Source: the human T2T-CHM13v2.0 reference genome, Homo sapiens. Taken from it: 64,000 bases of DNA. The DNA lies in the NCBI RefSeq assembly GCF_009914755.1, contig NC_060947.1. One strand, written 5' to 3'. How positions within the stretch are numbered: position 1 is the stretch's first letter; each line of letters begins with the position of its first letter. The notes below the pieces were generated by a model. That model did not search any database. It was not told the DNA's origin and worked only from the letters and a program-made list of their open reading frames with translations. Position numbers and translations under genes: made by a program. This document shows positions 12,550-26,297 of this stretch, piece after piece.

Positions 12550-15330
12550 CCGAATTAAGGGAAGAGATTAATATGAACGTAACGTGGCTGCCCTGGAACG
12601 TCATCGGGCAGTCCCAAGCCACTCTGTGCCCGGCGCCTGTCCCTGCGCGGAACTCCACGTGTGCACAAAATGCTCTGGGGAGGGGAGGATCGGATGGGTT
12701 AAACACAGTCCGCGGTTCTAGAAACGAAAATACATTTCCTTATTCCCGCCCTGATTTAATCCTGCTGCGTGTTATTATTGTCAAGTCTCTTCGCACCACT
12801 GTTTCTAAAAAGAAAACCCGTGGGTCTGCGCGGCCCTCAGCCGCCTGCTCGGCTTTTATTGTGCACGCAGCCTGGTCTGCGTGGATCCAGCACGTCGTGA
12901 CCGCCTCGCAGGCGCGCACGGACACCCTCGGATTGGCATTTCTATAAGAGCTGGGCGCATTGTCTCTGCGGCGACACACACACACCCACACAGATAATAA
13001 AGGGCCACGGACTCCTGACCAACCCTCCTCGCAACCCATAATTAGAGATGACCTTTGCGAAAGGCAATTAAAATATGGTAATGATCGATGGGCTCGCCTG
13101 TTTCCAAAAAGGAAAATACACAGGTGTTGGCTTCAGGAGGCTCCACCTGGCCGGGCCGCGAGGCCTCCTACAGCTCATGAATGAACTCTTTCTCCTGGGA
13201 AGCTTCGATTCCCCGCTACCTACGCTAGCGCTGGCTCCTCTCCTCCCTTTCCCCTCCCCCACCAGAGCTCTGGCAGCCAGGAGCTTGCTGGCGGCGGCGG
13301 GGCTTTGTCATCGGAACGCACACACAGACACGCACACGCGCGCACCCGGCCACCACGGGACCGCGGCAGCCGCGTCCTTCCTCGCTGCGCTTCCTTCCCT
13401 GCCCCCTCTTTTAAAGAGCTCCTCCAGACCCTTTCTTTTCTTCCGTCCTTTATGTGTGCGGTCCTTTTGCATCAAGGAGCTCAGGAAGCATTTTAGGGGG
13501 GCCTTCCGCGGAGCGCCGGACAGCTCCTGGGAGGCAGAACTCAGGACCCTACACGCGCGGAGAGGACGCGGGGACAGCCGGGCTTTGTTTTGTCTCTTGC
13601 CTCTGCCGGGAGGGCGGAGAAGCCTCGGCCGAGCTGGGGCCCACTGGCGAATTGGCGGCGGCAAACACCCCCCTCCTAGCCTAAGTGGAACCTGAAACTC
13701 CGGACTTGGTCCGGGTGGGGCACAAAGCTACGTGGAGGGTCTCCCAGTCCACAAGTGGCTCTCCCCACACAGACAAATGTGCAGTGTCATTATGGTGGCT
13801 CCTGTTGCTCGAGGCCTCGGGGGTGCTCCGGCGGTGCGCGCACACCTCACCTCCACAAGGCACGGAGGGCGAGAGGGGGGCCAAGGGGCTGGGGCTCCCC
13901 GGGGGGCTGCCTGGAGGAGACGCCACATCGGGCCTTCCCGCACCCCCGGCTGCCTTCCTGGACCGCGAGCACGGAGCCAGGGCGGCCTCTCGCCTTTCAT
14001 TACGGGGCCTACGAAAGCAGCAGCCCAGGCAAATATGTAGCTATTAAAATTAATCGCCCCGCGTTGTCAGCTGAACATAATGCAAATTATTTATGGGCTG
14101 TCTGCGCAATATTTATCATCGTGCAGGCTCCAGGCGCTTCGTGCCTCCTGGCCTCCCCCGCCCGCCCGCCCTGGCCGGCGCAGGGCGAAGCTGCGCGCAG
14201 GCTGCAGCGGCCTGGGGGCTCTGGGAACCCGAGTGGGGTTCCAAGGGCGAGGCCGTGCGTCAGGCCGTCTTCCAGGCCGAGGGCCTCACTTTAGTTTCTG
14301 CCATTCAGTACACATTTATCGGAGGCCTATTACGTGCAAAATTAGGAGGTCCGCGAAATCGGGGTGAAAACCAATTTGGAGAAATCTAAACCAAACAGAT
14401 GAGCTCGGGCTCGAGGGGCGATGCAGACAGAGGCTCCTCAGCTGCACAAGAGAATTTTCTCTGGCTCAAGTCGGTCCTTCAACCTGGGAAACCCATGTTT
14501 GCTAAAGCTGGATTCGCTCTAGGAGAAACAGGGAGCATCTGATGTGCTCAACAGATTCGAGTACAACGCTATCGACTGGAACAGGAATTCGGTGTCCTTC
14601 GAGCCTCAAAACTTGTTTGCTGATCGCAGATAACAGATTAACTGTTAATTGTCGAAATCGGCCAACCATTTAGTTTATCACTGTTGGGGGCCCCTTGGTA
14701 TTCGCTGCACTTTTTATATGTAAAAACAGTCTTGGTACCTCCTAAACGGCTTTTGTGTGGCTTTTGTTTCTCTTTCAAATACGGTGTTTTAAAAAACAGC
14801 AGCAACACGCCACCCCACCCCCTCTTCAACCAAGCCTTCTGGTTTAAAAAAAAACAAAAACAAAAACCAGGAGGAGAAATAATCTATAGGACAATCCCCC
14901 CCCTACTGGTCGGAGCTGGCGTTGGGGCTTTTTACGCAGATCGAGTCGCCCAGGGCTGCGGAGGTAAACAGGCTTTCTGCACCGCTGCTAAATGAATCAC
15001 GAGGGGGAAGAACCGAGACTGCTGGGCGAGGGAGGCCTCGGGATCTGGGCCGGGAGCCAGGGCGGGGACGGCGCTGCACGGGGGGCAATGAGGTGGAGAC
15101 GGGACCAGGGTTAACCCTGGTCCAAGGCCCCAAGGCCAGGGAAGGGAGAGTAAGGCCGGTGGGCGGTCCAGCCGGAGGCCCCTACTCGCTATCTGCGAGG
15201 CAGGGTGAACGCGCAGCCTGGGCCTCCATCCCCAGCGCGCCTGGGCACCACCTGGGGCCGGTCACGCTGCCTGAGCCCATCTGCGAGGAAGGAGGTCACG
15301 AGGCACCCCCTCCCACAGAGTTTTAACAAC
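12550..15330. promoter_or_regulatory. CpG island block 3 with AT-rich homeodomain-motif cores
   Basis: CpG-rich and repeat-free, with TAAT-rich patches and an octamer at 14080-14087. Confidence 0.8.
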
Positions 15331-15540
15331 TCCAGGCCTTCAAGACGCAGTAGCAGGCCTGGGTCTTCTGATGTTCATTTAAAGCAAAATGATCGCCTTT
15401 CTTCACTGTCCCCACCCCAGACGCCAACAACACCTTGCACCTAGCAGACCAAGCCTGAGTCAAGACGTCCTTCGGTCCTGGGGCTGGGGGAATGGCTACC
15501 AACGGGCATCTCTTCTGCAGACTAACAGAAGGGGATATAG

Positions 15541-15885
<345 letters not shown>

Positions 15886-16569
15886 TTCTTAAAATGTGAT
15901 TTGACCCAATTTAAAGCCTCCCTTTCTTCCCCATTAACCTCCAGTTTTTGACAGATTTTCTTAGAACATTCCAAAGATTCTCTCATTACTTCAGAAACTT
16001 ATCTCGAAATGATGTAAAAGGAGGTTCAAAATATTAGGTTGCTTTTGGGTTCCCTTTATCTCGAACATTGTTGCGTAGATTTGAGAAAGGGCTGATTTCT
16101 ACTTTGTTTTCTAATCAGCAAGTCACTGGTTTTTCTACCTAAGAGAGACTGAACATTAACCACAGTGAAGCAGAAGGGTTGAGCCGCATTTACAAAGTGC
16201 CTTCACATTTTGGTCCTCAGAAACCCATCCGAGGGGGACAGAGTAGGTGTTACTGTTCTGATTTTACACATGAAGAGACTGGCCACTCGCCCCCACAAAT
16301 TTCTGGAAGCTAGTCTTCCTCACTGAACTGGAGCCAGAAGCCATGTGAAGCCAGCCTGCTCCTGCCTACACCCTCCTTCCTCCAGGTCAATGTCATTTAG
16401 AATATATTGCATCCTTTTCTTGGATCTGTCTGCTAGGACCCGGGCCACCCTCCTGCTGGAGGCAACCCCGACAGCCCATATTTTAAGCAGCTCTTTTCAC
16501 AGCCTGCAAACCTCACGGATTGTCTCTTACAACTGTCTGTTTACTCACTTCCCTCCACCCAGTCAATTC

Positions 16570-18240
16570 CGACTCCAGGCCCGGGAGGACAATTTTAAAG
16601 TGTTTCTGCAGACAGACCCTCTGGCCGCGCCGGAAGTGTTTTATGGACCTGTGAGCCGAGTTAATCCCAGGAGGCGCGGCTGGATTAGTCCCGGGTATGG
16701 GTGGGGGATTCATGTGTTTAGGTTTAATCCCCATGGGGGGGGGGCGTAAGGAGAATGGGGGTCGGGTGGCTTCAGCAATGTGTGCCCCCTCCCCATTAAA
16801 CTCCGAGATTTGCGCTAGAGCGGATGGAAACCGAGGCACGCAGCCCTCGACCCCGGCCAGGCGTGGAGTAGGGGAGCAGGGGGTGCCCCGCGTGGGCGCA
16901 CCCTAAGAAACCAGTGCGGACATGGCGAGCGAGACCAGAGCGCAGTTGTGTGTGGTTTTTCCCCAGGTTTTTATTCTTCCAGCCCTGTGGAAAGGAGGAG
17001 AGCCGCAACCCGGAGAGGGAGCCGGAAAGAAACACTTAATCACCGGCGTCTCGCTGCTCGTCACGCGAAGATGGCAGCGGCTCCCCTGGGTTTCAAGGTT
17101 CCGGGAAAGGCGTGTGTTCTGCCTTAAGGCGCGCGGGCTGATGCGCTCTCTCCCTCGGCTCGGCGGCCGGCTCCGGCTCACAGAGCCTCTCTCAACGCCG
17201 GCAAGTGCAGCCGGGCCGCCCAGCCCCCAGGCCAGCCTGGCCCCCTCTGGGCCTGGGGTTGGCGAGGGCAGCTGGGCGTCTGCGCTGCCCAGCCCAGCCG
17301 CGGATCCATGGGGTTTCGCGAGCTGAAAGTAAAGGCTTGAGGGAGTGGGGACACCCACACCGACCCGCGGCACGCAGGGGAGTCAAGCTGCGGCCAATGC
17401 AAGACGAGCAGGGTAGACTACTACTAGCGGTGGCCGGAGGCTCAGCCACCTTCGCGGGAGAGGGGATTTACCGCCACCCTCATCCACGCGCAGGCCCCAC
17501 CGCCCGGTCCTCTCCTCTGATCCCCGGGCCATTGCGAAACACGGAGCGAACAGGTCCTCGCCAGCAGCCGTCATTTCCCGGGAAGATGGGAACCCACAAG
17601 CCTGACTGTGCTTCCTAAGGATACTAGCGTGCGCGCAGACCTTGGGGGGAAAGAGGGCAGCGCGGTCTCCCCGACCCGGACTCTTCCCTGGCGCAGCACA
17701 CAACCGCCACGGGCTTCCGAAGCGCCCGAGCGGGGAGGAGGAAGGAAAAGCGGAGGCCCGGGAGGCGGGCTGCGCGCTTGGAAGCCGTGTGTGTTTATGT
17801 GTCTGCGCGCGCGCCCTGGCCGGACGGGTGTTGAGGGGAGAGTGATCGTGAGCAACCCGGAACCAGCAGTCCCAACCTGGACTGACGAACTGGGCTCTCC
17901 AGTCCTGGGCCGTGGGGCTCCATGCCTCGGGCTGGCGGGACAAGCGGCGGGGAGCCCGGAGCTTCGGAGCCGCCGCCGGGCATCTAGCCAGCTCCGCGGG
18001 AGAAGCCCGGGGGCGCGTCGGGAGCCAGGGGACTGGTGTGAACTAGCCGCCCCCGCAGGCGGACGTTTAGCTCCGGCACCCGGGAGCACTGACACTGGGC
18101 GATAAGGAGTTCCTCGGCAATCGGCTGTCCCCAGTCCCCAGTCACCTCCGGCGGACGTGACCGCCGGATGCTATGCAGCTAGGTGGGCCAGGGGGGCCTT
18201 TGCATTGCCTTCCCTGACCCCTTCCTTGCCGCGGAGGAGC
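16570..18240. promoter_or_regulatory. CpG island block 4
   Basis: Dense CpG; ETS CCGGAAGT at 16630-16637, CCAAT near 17394, GAS-like sites. Confidence 0.8.
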
Positions 18241-18415
18241 CACAGTAAGATGCCTCTGTACGACTCTCCAGAACTTTCTTTTGCAAAATAAAGGCCAAAT
18301 GTTGGGCCTTCTAGTCTCTTCATATTTTCCTTTGGAAGGTTGGGGTCCAGGCAGTCCTCTCGAAACAACCCCCAAACAGATCACTTTCATTACAAAACGC
18401 TAGAGAGGCAACACA

Positions 18416-18479
18416 GCCCTATTTCTCTCTCTGGTCAATCCAGGCCCTATCTCTCCCTCTGGTCAATCCAGGCCCTATT
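18416..18479 (+). repeat. 28-bp tandem duplication (about 2.3 copies)
   Basis: gccctatttctctctctggtcaatccag, then gccctatctctccctctggtcaatccag, then gccctatt. Confidence 0.9.
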
Positions 18480-18660
18480 ATCCCAAGCTGTGCGGCTTTG
18501 GGCAAACCGCTTAACAGTTCGAAACCTCGGAGTCCTCATCTGTAAAATAAGACCAATACTATTATCTACCTCGTAGGGTTGTTCTGAGGATAACATGCCT
18601 CCATACATAAGGTGCTTAGAACGCTGCCTCCAGTACAATGCTACGTGTGTTTGTTACTAT
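18480..18660 (+). mobile_element. MIR
   Basis: cctcatctgtaaaat...tacctcgtagggttgttctgagga MIR core. Confidence 0.7.
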
Positions 18661-19399
18661 GATCTGGCACTCCCTTTGGATGGGTAGGGAGTACAAAGTT
18701 CCGGGTTAAAGTTCCTGGAAGTTTACATGGAGCCAGTGGTCTTGGCAGGGTGGAAAGGGCACTATTGTATGGCCACTGAAAAGTGAAGGCCAAATGCCCT
18801 CAAACTGTCTAGGTCTCCACTAGACCGTCCCATAAAGGCTTGTGTGTGTGTGGTGGTGGATAGGAGGGAGAGTCCTTTTTAATGGTGCTCATTTAGACTG
18901 GATTAATAGCAAGTTCCGTCAGGGCTCAGGCACCATTACCCACTCTCTCCCTGCAGCCCTGGGGAAGAGCGCTGGTTTCCAGGACCTCCAGCCTACTCTT
19001 CCAGGACACCTTTTTTGATGGCTGAAGGCCACCTCTTTAAATCAGTTCTCGGAGGAGTTGGCCAAAAGCCATGTCCTCTGGGATGTACTTTGGTCTAACA
19101 CTGGTGCAGGGCTGGCGTATGGCAGGCCTTGTCCCTGGGCCGCTGGCGGGCCACATTTTACTGGTGCACAGATGCAAATACCACTTCTGTAGACAGAATC
19201 GGTCAGACTTCTAATTTCAAAAGGCTTCCCATTACCTTTGAAATGGCGACTCTGGCAAAAAGGGGAGGAGTTGCGGCAAATAAGAGCCTAGGGAGGCCTC
19301 GGCCTCCCCTGCTTGGCCTCTCCAGGGTCACCCATAATTCATTAGGTGAGGCTGCCTTTTCCTTTTCAAACACAACGCAAATGGCCTTTGCCTTAAGTG

Positions 19400-22300
19400 G
19401 CTACCGGCGTTTGCCTAATCACTGAAATGTGCTGGCAGTGCGCTCTAGCTCTCAGTAGATCCTTATCGGAACTGTGCGTGCCAAGCTGCCAGCCCCGAGA
19501 AAGACAAAGAACACGGGCGCCTCCAGGTTTGCTTCTGAGGCCTCAGGGTCACCTCTGGGGCTTCCCCTTCACAGCCTCCGGCCCCTACAAGACGCTCCCA
19601 GCCAGCCTCCGGAACAAACCCGCAGCCCTAAATCAGAATTCCAGTTCTCGAGCGCCACCCGGAGAGTTCACATTTCCCCTCCTCCGAGGCCGCGTGGTGC
19701 GCAAGAAAGAGCCCGAGGGCGGCGGCAGCACACGTCTGGGCAGCCCCCTCCCCGTACCCAGCAGCGTGTACGCAGGAAAAGAAAAAGCCAAGAGAAAAAC
19801 GTGGACTGTAAAAGCCAAAACGCAGAACCATCTACTACTAACTACCGACAACCCCAGGCGGGAGTTTGCAAGGAGTAAGCAACCCTCTAATAGAAACTAC
19901 AACTAAAATAATTCCTCTCTTCGCGTTCTATTAAGGTCCTGGAAGGTGGAACGCAAAGGGGACCCTGTCTTCTTAGGACACAGACTGGCTGCGCCGATAG
20001 TGCTCAGCCCCGCACCTCCTGAGCATACATTTAATGTTAGGCAAAGAGCAAGTTTCCTATCTACCGTTTGACCACAGTTTCTCACAGTATTTCTAATTGA
20101 TTCAACGTGTATTAGATTGAAACAAAAATGATCTTGGTTGGAATATACACGGGCAACCTGTATTTAGATGGGGTAAGTTCCTGCAGCTATCTGACCACAT
20201 TTGTCTGGTCCCTCTGAGAATCCACGTTTTCTAGCCCGAGAAGGGGCAGGCGGCCCTCATGGCGCCTCCTTCGGCGGTTTCCTGGCGAAGCGCCCATCCT
20301 CCCCAAGCACCAGGAACGGAGGCCGTCCATATTAATACTCGCGGGCAGCCTGTTCTGACCTATACTGTCATTTTTTCCATCGGTCGGGATCGGGCTGGGG
20401 GTGGGGTGGGGCGGGGGCTCTCCTCCGAGGGGCTCAGCACGGATCGTTGGGTTTTCCCCGGCGAACTTAACACGGAGGCAAAAGGGGCAGATGGAAACCA
20501 GGCCCCGGCTGGCCCCGCGCGCGTAAGCGCGGCACTCAGCAGCTCGACGCAAAGCCAGGGCTGGATTTTCGCGGCCCGGGCCCGGCGGCCGCCCAGCGCC
20601 CGCGCGATCCTCTCTCCTTCGGGTTGAGCAAACGTGGTCGCCTAATTCCGCCCGGGAGACAGCAGCTGTGCGGCGAGAGGGGGAGAAAAAATATCGCAAC
20701 TTTTCCAACAGAAAGTGTGTGCGCACACGAGAGGTGAAGGCCCACCCCGATTCTGTGCACGTATCGACACAGCATCTAATCAGTGTCACTGCCAGGAATA
20801 CGCTTCCGCGGCGGGCGACACCGCCGCCCTCGCCAACCTGCAGGAGGGAGGGGGGATGCAAATGGCGTCTCGCGTCGTCCTAGACTCCGCGCAGCACCCG
20901 CTACCGCGACTCCAAGCAGACGTTGCAGCAAACTGGGGTGCAGCGTCTGGGGACGCGAACGCGCAGGCGGCCCGAGCGGTCGCAGGGAAGAGGAACTAGC
21001 ACCACTCCCCGCTACGAGACCGTTCCCCGCCCCCACCTCCGGAAGAGCCGCCCTTACTCGACTGGGGTGAGGGGCGGGAAACTTTGCAAGAAGACTGTTC
21101 CGCGCCTTCCCCGCGTGGCACCTCAGAAGAACGTGGGTGGGTTTCCCGTCCGAGGCCAGACCACGCTACCCTACTTTTCCAGGTTTCGGACCTGAACCTC
21201 GTGGACTACGGGAGGGAGAGTACATTTCGGGCCACTGCGGGGGGCGGAGGGACACCAAAGACAGGCGTCTTCAAGGGTTCTGGCAGATGGCCAAGTTTGT
21301 GTCCTTTCCCTCCCACGCTAGAGTAGCGCACGCCACTTTGGGGAAGCGTGAGACCGTTCACCACCGGCCACGAGGCCACCAATGTCTTCCAGGTGGGGCC
21401 GATGGTTTGTCTGCAGCACTCCCTTCCGCCTTGCGGTCCTCGCCTGGCTCCCACAGTCCTGGGGAGCCCCCAGAGCTAGCCCGCGTCTTCCCTCGCCCGC
21501 TCTTCCGGGGGAAAGGGAGGCTGTTTGTGTGGTGTGTAGCCCCGCTCCGGCTTGCACCCCCGCGAGCCACCTCGCAGCCCTCCCCGGCCTCGGCCTCACG
21601 GATCCCCTCCCGGAGTAGCCCCGCGGGCCCCCCCGCCATGCGTAATGGGGCGCCCCTGGGACGCAGGCGGGGATGGCGGTTCCGGTCGTTCCGGGATTTG
21701 CGTGCAAGAAGAAAACAAGGCCGGCGACTACAAGAGCGGCGACTCCATTCTTGGGGTTCAGACGCCCTCGCAGCCTCCGCGTCGGTTCCGCTCTCGCCCC
21801 GGGAGCCCGCTTCCGTGTCCCTGCCCCCGCCCCCCAACGATTCCTCGTCCGGCCCGTGCCGCACCACGCGGAGCTCCGCGCGCCCTGGCTCCCACACCGG
21901 TCCCTCCATAACTCGCGCTCCTCCCTCGCTCCGGGCTCGGGGAGCCGCTCGCTCCCAGCGCCCAGAGTCAGCCGGTTCCACCTTCGGCTGCGAGAGCCGC
22001 CGCCCCGCGCCACCCCCGCCCGGCCCGGCCCTTGTCCCAGCCCGGCTCCCCCGCCAGCTGCGCCGCCACCGCCGCACGTGACCCGCCCCCGTCGCGGCTT
22101 CCGCTGAGCTGCCTGTTCCGGGGCACAAACAATTTTTGCTCTGACGCGGGGTCTCTCGGGGGCCCTGGCGTCCTCTACTCCCTGCTCCCCACCCCACCCC
22201 ACCCCCTACCTTCCGGGTAGGAGAACTCAAAACAACTCGCTGACCTTCGGGCCGACCAGCTCCGTCTTCCACTGACTCCAGCATTCCGTTCAAACCCAGC

Positions 22301-22560
22301 AGCCACGGCTTCTAAGATTTCACTCCGCTCTGGGCTGGGGGGGAGGGGGCGAGTTCTCCGGGAGGGGGTGTCTCAGATCGAAAGAGCCACTTCACGCTCT
22401 TTCTCCTCCTCCGAGGTGAGTTTTTAGACTATTTGGAGGCCTTGGGGAAACGCGAGCAGCCGCGTGCAAAGGAGCCCCCCCGCCTTCTCCCCGCACATGC
22501 AGCCTTGTCTAGTGTGACCCGATTTCCAGGGTCAGCAGCAGAGGGCCTGGCCAGCTTCGG
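19400..22560. promoter_or_regulatory. CpG island block 5 containing the distal promoter
   Basis: Highest CpG density in the window; E-box CACGTG at 22075-22080 and G-runs; it ends where the repeat-dense DNA begins. Confidence 0.85.
22210..22532 (-). other. BCOR: Probable non-coding first exon (5' UTR) of distal BCOR transcripts
   Basis: Minus-strand donor AAG|GTAGGG at 22210/22209 followed by intronic (GGGGT)n runs. The exon sequence, its 5' boundary and the CpG-island layout are recalled as BCOR (Xp11.4) from memory and were not aligned. Confidence 0.6.
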
Positions 22561-22614
22561 AAATACCACCAAGCGGTGGACTGTGGCACCAGGCAGAGCT
22601 GGGGTGGAGGACTG

Positions 22615-22975
22615 TGCTAAATAATAATGGTAGCTCCTACTCACGTGGTCTGTGCTAAGTTCTTCACAAGCCTTCCAACTTTACAGAGTGAGAAACTGAG
22701 GCATAGGGAAAGGTCAGTCGTGTAAAACTGGGTAAAGCTCAGTTACTCAGCTAAGTAAGTGACTTAGTGAGGATTTGAACCCAGGTCTCTGAGTTCAGGG
22801 TGGTTAAACATGCTGTAAGTATGTTACAGTGCATACCTTGGTATCCACAGTACAAACCTGTCTACAAAACCCAGTGTTTGCTTGAGAGCTGTATATTTGG
22901 CGTGTAACATTGTGGCTGGCATATAGTAGGCACTCAATAAATATTTGTGGAATGAATGGGTGTCAGAATAAATGA
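22615..22975. mobile_element. MIR followed by an L2 3' end
   Basis: ttacagagtgagaaactgaggc; catatagtaggcactcaataaatatttgtggaatgaatg. Confidence 0.7.
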
Positions 22976-23871
22976 TTGACAGAATCATTGATGACAAGTG
23001 ATGAGAGAAAACAGTCCTAACCATTGTTCTTCCTAAGAGAAATAAAAACCTCTAGCTGTTTTTTGAGTGTTCGCAGGTAACAGGAAACTCTTATTCAAAA
23101 ATATATTAATCTCCTACCCCTATCCCCTAGCCAACCACCCTGGTAGTCATTTGAACTTGCTGGGGCACATAGCCAAAGCAGCTTCTACTTGGTCTCGGCC
23201 ATTTTTTCCCAACCCTGTTCCTGTTCTGTAGGATTCTGCTCAGGGTCAGGCAGCCTGGAACTGCAATTGATGTGATTCTGAACACATAAGCAGCAGAGGA
23301 GGAGGGTACACCCGCCAAACGTGGTTCGTTGGCTTCCCTTCTACCCGCTGGTGGGGGCTCGGGGGAACGTGGCTTATATCTCTGTGGTTATTTTTGAATT
23401 CACGGACCACCCTGTGCAACTGGCTTCAACCCTCACCAGCTGTGAGGTTGCATCTCGAAGTGTAGGCAGTCATCTACTTTAACCGACAGCTCCGCGATCC
23501 CAGTCAGTGGGACCACATCTGTGATTTGAAGAGCTGCCACTGGTGCTCTGTACTGTCCTACTGCTTCTCGTGGCCCAAGAAAGGATGCATTAAAAACACT
23601 TATATTTAGATAGCTCAGTAGAATAGATGTTCATACCATATAGTGGGAGTAAGTAGGGTAAAGTTTAGAAAATCTCCCCTGTCCCTACTTCATTTTCTAA
23701 ACCTTACCAGTTATCCTGTGTTACTAGTTGGGCAACCTGAAATGAGGCCAAATTCCACTTCATGTTACCTGAGTGTGAACTTTCTCCTTTCCAATTTGAT
23801 CCATCCAATATCTATTGACTACTATCCTTCCCTCCCTCACTCCTTCCTTTTTTCTTTCCCTACCCTCATAG

Positions 23872-24327
<456 letters not shown>

Positions 24328-25059
24328 TGACCTCAACTTGTGGCAAGCCCAGGTTGGAAGCATCTGATGATTCCCAAGGAGGTCACAGGCCTCAATCCCA
24401 CATTGCTGGGTTGTAGTTGAGAACAACCTTGCCAAAACTCACCCCTCATGCCGAGGGGGCTGGTGACAAGTGATGCTGAACCAGAGGTTTGGGATGCTAA
24501 TTTGATTTATTATCTGTGTACAGCCTGGGGAGGAGAAAAGGCTCATAAAAGTGTTCTAGGCTGGTCATTCTGAATGTGAGCATTTATTTATCTGCAAAGC
24601 TGCCGAATATCCCTGCAGGAAGTCGCAGGCGCAGCAACCCCTGACTGCACAGACAAAAGTCTCCCCTTTACACAGGGCTGCTTTTATTGTTTCCAACAGC
24701 TTTGTGCTTTCCCTGGGGGAAGAGGAGAGTCACATAGCAAGTGTTCTTCCTCTTTTCTCACGCTGCAGAGGAAGTGATGTTGTGGAAACAGTGGCATTAA
24801 CTTGGCCTTCGAACCACACAGGAGCCAGAGTTGGGAAAAGCTCGGTGCAGGCAGACACTCCTGTGGTTCATTTAGGCCCTGAGAAACTCCAGCCTGGGCC
24901 TAAGCGTGGGGATGATGGGTGCACACAATGCAAGAGAAACCATACTTAGGAATTATTCCCCGGATACAAGGGGCCCCCAAGATATAGATGTTCTTGACCC
25001 CTTGAACCTGCTTCCCATTAGGAGTAAAGCCCCCAAGGGATGTATGGAGCATGTTTCTT

Positions 25060-25180
25060 TCATTCTTCACTGATTAGACATTTATTGATTGCCCACTTTG
25101 TGCCAGGCACTGTACTAGGCACGCAATGGTAAGCAAGAGACATGGTCCCTGCCCTCATGGAGCTTACATTCTACTTTTCT
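25060..25180 (-). mobile_element. L2 3' fragment
   Basis: catttattga...tgtgccaggcactgtactaggc...gtccctgccctcatggagcttacattcta. Confidence 0.75.
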
Positions 25181-25375
25181 TGGCACACAAGCAAACAGGG
25201 TAGAGGATACAGCCCCTACCATCAAATCCTGCAGTGTCTTTCTCCTTAATATCTATCCTGTCCTCTTCCTCATCCAACTACCCTTCAGATCTTTTTGGAC
25301 CCTTCAATAAACAGTTGGGCCCCACCCCTCCCCAAACTCATCTCCTCCATCTGATCATTCCACCCACTGCTTTAA

Positions 25376-25784
<409 letters not shown>

Positions 25785-25816
25785 TGGCCACCTCTTGCTG
25801 CAAGAAGGAAGCTGCA

Positions 25817-26297
25817 TGTCTCAGTAAGTTCAGGCTGTTATAACAAATTACCAATTTGGGTGGTTTAAACAAAGAAAAAAGCAATTCTCACAGTTCTGCA
25901 AGTCCAAGATTACGATCAAGGTGCTGAGAATCGCTTGAACCCAGGAGGCAGAGGTTGCAGTGAGCCGAGATCTCACCACTGCATTCCAGCCTGGGCGATG
26001 GAGTGAGACTCTGTCTCAAAAAAAAAAAAAAAAAAAAAAAAGAAAGAAAAAAGAAAAATCAAGGTGCTGGCAGATCTGGTGTCTGTTGAGGGCCTGCTGG
26101 AGCCGTCTTCTCATCGCACCCTCTCATGGTAGAGAGCAGAGAGAGGAAGCAAACGCTCTCCTGTCTTTTTTATAAGGACACTAATACCATTCATGACCTA
26201 ATTATCTCCCAGTGGCCCCATGTCCTAATACCATCACACTGGGGTTAGGATTTCAACATACGAATTTGGGAGGGACATGAATATTCAGTCCATGGCA
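25817..26297 (-). mobile_element. MLT1A/B-like LTR containing a 5'-truncated sense Alu (about 25927-26057)
   Basis: caggctgttataacaaattacca...ctaataccatcacactggggttaggatttcaacata; Alu TSD ATCAAGGTGCTG. Confidence 0.75.

Noticed and set aside
21137-22293. ORFs of 294-314 aa on both strands at the distal promoter
   Set aside because: Low-complexity GC-driven ORFs overlapping in multiple frames, with no domain or coding exon structure
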